Assembly: GCA_034780895.1 (NCBI GenBank)
Contig: JAUZTB010000107.1
Span: 18,860,689-18,924,688, forward strand
Source: Rhynchobatus australiae
Taxonomy: Eukaryota
DNA length: 64,000 nucleotides
Direction: 5' to 3'
The notes under the pieces are model-generated. The model was not told where the DNA came from and ran no database searches. It worked only from the letters and a program-made list of their open reading frames with translations. Of the stretch, positions 61,451 through 64,000 are shown one piece after another. A program made the position numbers and the translations under genes. Numbering within the stretch: the first letter of the stretch is position 1; the number at the start of each line of letters is the position of its first letter.

Positions 61451-63774
61451 TCCATTCCATTGCCTAAAGCCTATTTCCGAATTGTCCAATTTAAAAAAAG
61501 CAAAAATAATTCATCCCTCTTTAAATAATTTTTAAATGTTATAAAACTTCCTTGCCAACATCTCTGCTTAAAAGTGATCTTTGGAAGCTATTTTTTAAAT
61601 TTATCAAAAGTTAAGGTTTTCCTTAAAGTTCAACAAGGAATGGCTGGAAAGAAATGCAAAGGACTTGCTTCCATCAAGCATCTACCAGGACACACTTAAA
61701 AGGTGACCCCAGATGTGTTGCTTGTTTCTCTTTGATGGTTCAGCTGTGATCAGGAATCTGCATATGGAAAATTATAGGTTCACCACTGAAATTATTCAAA
61801 AAAACACTATCATTCACTTGGTTCTTGCATTACTTAAGTGCTTCATACAAATTTAGAAACAATTCTTTCATGGAAAACCTGACCATTCATGGATGACCTA
61901 AATCAACTGAACAACTGCACATGGAAACTGCAGCCTCATGTCACTCAGATTAGGAGCACTCATTTGCTAAACACAATCCTTACCAAGGCATTCACTTATT
62001 TTTCTATGAAGTGGATATCAGCCTAAAGGCTGAATGATATGACTTTCAACTTAAGTCTGGCTTATATAAGATAGCAACAGCAAATTTCTGACATGTTCTT
62101 CTGTCATTGAGCTGTTTGTGTAAAACATTAGGAAGTTCAAACGCTTCAGAAATGCAAGGATGAGCAATTTAACTGTTTTTCAAAGTACAAGAAACAATGA
62201 ATTCAAACGTGAACAGGTCCTGTAAATCCATCAGATGTGCTTCTTAGTTTGATAACACATTGTAAAATATGCCGAGATCCTAAAGAGTTAATAAAAATTG
62301 AATCAGGAATATATAGTAACTATCTCAACATGCAAAATTCAATTTTTGCCTAAATTAAGTACTACTAAAACCCTGTTGTTCTTTGATCTTTCAGTGACTG
62401 AAGAATGTCTATCCTTTTAGCTGTGATTTTTTTTAATTGACTTCTATACTCCTGAATCTTTAGGGAAAAATTAAATGTTTTAGTGTATACATGCCATGAT
62501 TTTAGGTATAAGTACAAGCACACACAGGAAGCTAATTAAATCCTCATTTCAGNNNNNNNNNNNNNNNNNNNNNNNNNNNNNNNNNNNNNNNNNNNNNNNN
62601 NNNNNNNNNNNNNNNNNNNNNNNNNNNNNNNNNNNNNNNNNNNNNNNNNNNNNNNNNNNNNNNNNNNNNNNNNNNNNNNNNNNNNNNNNNNNNNNNNNNN
62701 NNNNNNNNNNNNNNNNNNNNNNNNNNNNNNNNNNNNNNNNNNNNNNNNNNNNNNNNNNNNNNNNNNNNNNNNNNNNNNNNNNNNNNNNNNNNNNNNNNNN
62801 NNNNNNNNNNNNNNNNNNNNNNNNNNNNNNNNNNNNNNNNNNNNNNNNNNNNNNNNNNNNNNNNNNNNNNNNNNNNNNNNNNNNNNNNNNNNNNNNNNNN
62901 NNNNNNNNNNNNNNNNNNNNNNNNNNNNNNNNNNNNNNNNNNNNNNNNNNNNNNNNNNNNNNNNNNNNNNNNNNNNNNNNNNNNNNNNNNNNNNNNNNNN
63001 TTATTACAAGGTGGTTGCAAAAATACAAGGGGTTTCTATCATGAACTTTTCAAGCAAACTTTTGTTTGCAAAGACTTCACCAATCTCAATCTGTCCACTA
63101 CTGGTGATAAGTGGATACTAAAGATGAACAAAAAAAAAACAAAAAAAATTCACTAGTTTATAAGGAGGAAATACTTTAGGTGCTCAAGAATTTGGCTTCA
63201 AACTTGGACCTGGTATCAAATACTGCTCTTTTTTTTTCAGTGACTCATTCACAGCTGAATTCGCGTCTGCTATTCAGTGAACCCTGATGGATTCTAATGA
63301 TCTTGGCTTCAAAAGTCTGAGAGTTCATTCAGAACCATTCTATGATAGGTGATAGATTTAACATAAGCAAGTAATGTGTTTTGAAATGTAAATACTCCAC
63401 TTTAATATCTGATGCCTTTTTAAAAGCAACTACATTTTTTTGAACACAAAACGTTTTCCTCCTTTTAGAATAATATTGATGCAATTTATGAAGCCAGCAA
63501 AAAACTGAAGGAAACCAAACNNNNNNNNNTAGAAATTGTGCCTCCTGAAGGGACAAAGGTGCATAACTACTCCATTCAGACCTTCAACTCTACTGACCAG
63601 GCAAAGGAATTGTTACGGGAGCAATTGGCTAAGGTAGGGATTGACTCAAACGCACGTATGTATGTGATACGGATTATACAGGCTATTAATTCCCATTAGT
63701 AAGTAATAGTTAATTAATTTTGGATAAGGCAACCAGTCATTAGAAGAAGAGAAAGCATTATTAACATCTGGAAC

Positions 63775-64000
63775 ACACTAGTGACACAGGTAGTAGAGCT
63801 GCTACCATACAGCTCCAGCAACCCAAGTTCAATCCTGACTTCTGGCCCTGTGCAAAGTTTACATATTAACCCTGTAACCACACGGGTTTCCCCTGGATGT
63901 TCTGGTTTCCACCCAAAGATGAGTGGGTTGTTTGGTTAATTGACTCCTGAAAATTGCTTTTAGGTGTAGGTGTGTGATAGAATATGGAGGGTATTGATGG
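63775..64000 (+). mobile_element. HE1-like V-SINE (runs off the window)
   Basis: gtagagctgct.cc.tacagctccagc.accca.gttcaatcctga...gggtttcccctggatgttctggtttcc...ggttaattg. Confidence 0.75.

Noticed and set aside
1605-63044. Many ORF-track entries rich in X
   Set aside because: They are artefacts of translating through N gaps.
63241-63280. Strong acceptor tttttttttcag as the next cfap92 exon
   Set aside because: The required phase-2 frame hits TGA after 12 codons with no CFAP92-like sequence.
1-64000. CRISPR arrays, operons or prokaryotic defence systems
   Set aside because: This is vertebrate genomic DNA; no regularly spaced repeat-spacer array or dense intronless gene cluster is present.

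Overview
This is eukaryotic, intron-rich, gapped scaffold DNA, most likely from a cartilaginous fish (shark or ray). That assignment is inferred from the repeat content: HE1-type V-SINEs, SacSINE1/DeuSINEs, CR1, L2, Rex1 and RTE LINEs, and Penelope-derived palindromes. One protein-coding gene dominates the window on the + strand: cfap92 (KIAA1257/FAP92, DUF4550 ciliary protein). It starts at a CpG-rich promoter near 6.0-6.3 kb that carries a consensus RFX X-box and runs past the right end of the window. Eight exons can be placed with splice sites and matching phases (6664-6967, 8246-8424, 14117-14327, 14893-15116, 35723-35848, 43386-43570, 56621-57636, 60535-60726), plus three weaker linker exons. 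The start codon and probably one later exon fall in N gaps. Introns are filled with decayed retroelements, a solo LTR with a 5-bp target-site duplication (TSD), a fossil PIF/Harbinger transposase and Tigger-like MITEs. I find no convincing novel multi-gene system. The most unusual unexplained signals are a ~430-bp imperfect palindrome at 47.1-47.6 kb, a CpG-retaining, highly foldable intronic element at 36.2-36.7 kb, a coding 24-bp tandem repeat in cfap92, an exon open in two frames, and a SINE whose tail resembles Rex1. Repeat boundaries are approximate, and family names come from recall rather than a database search.
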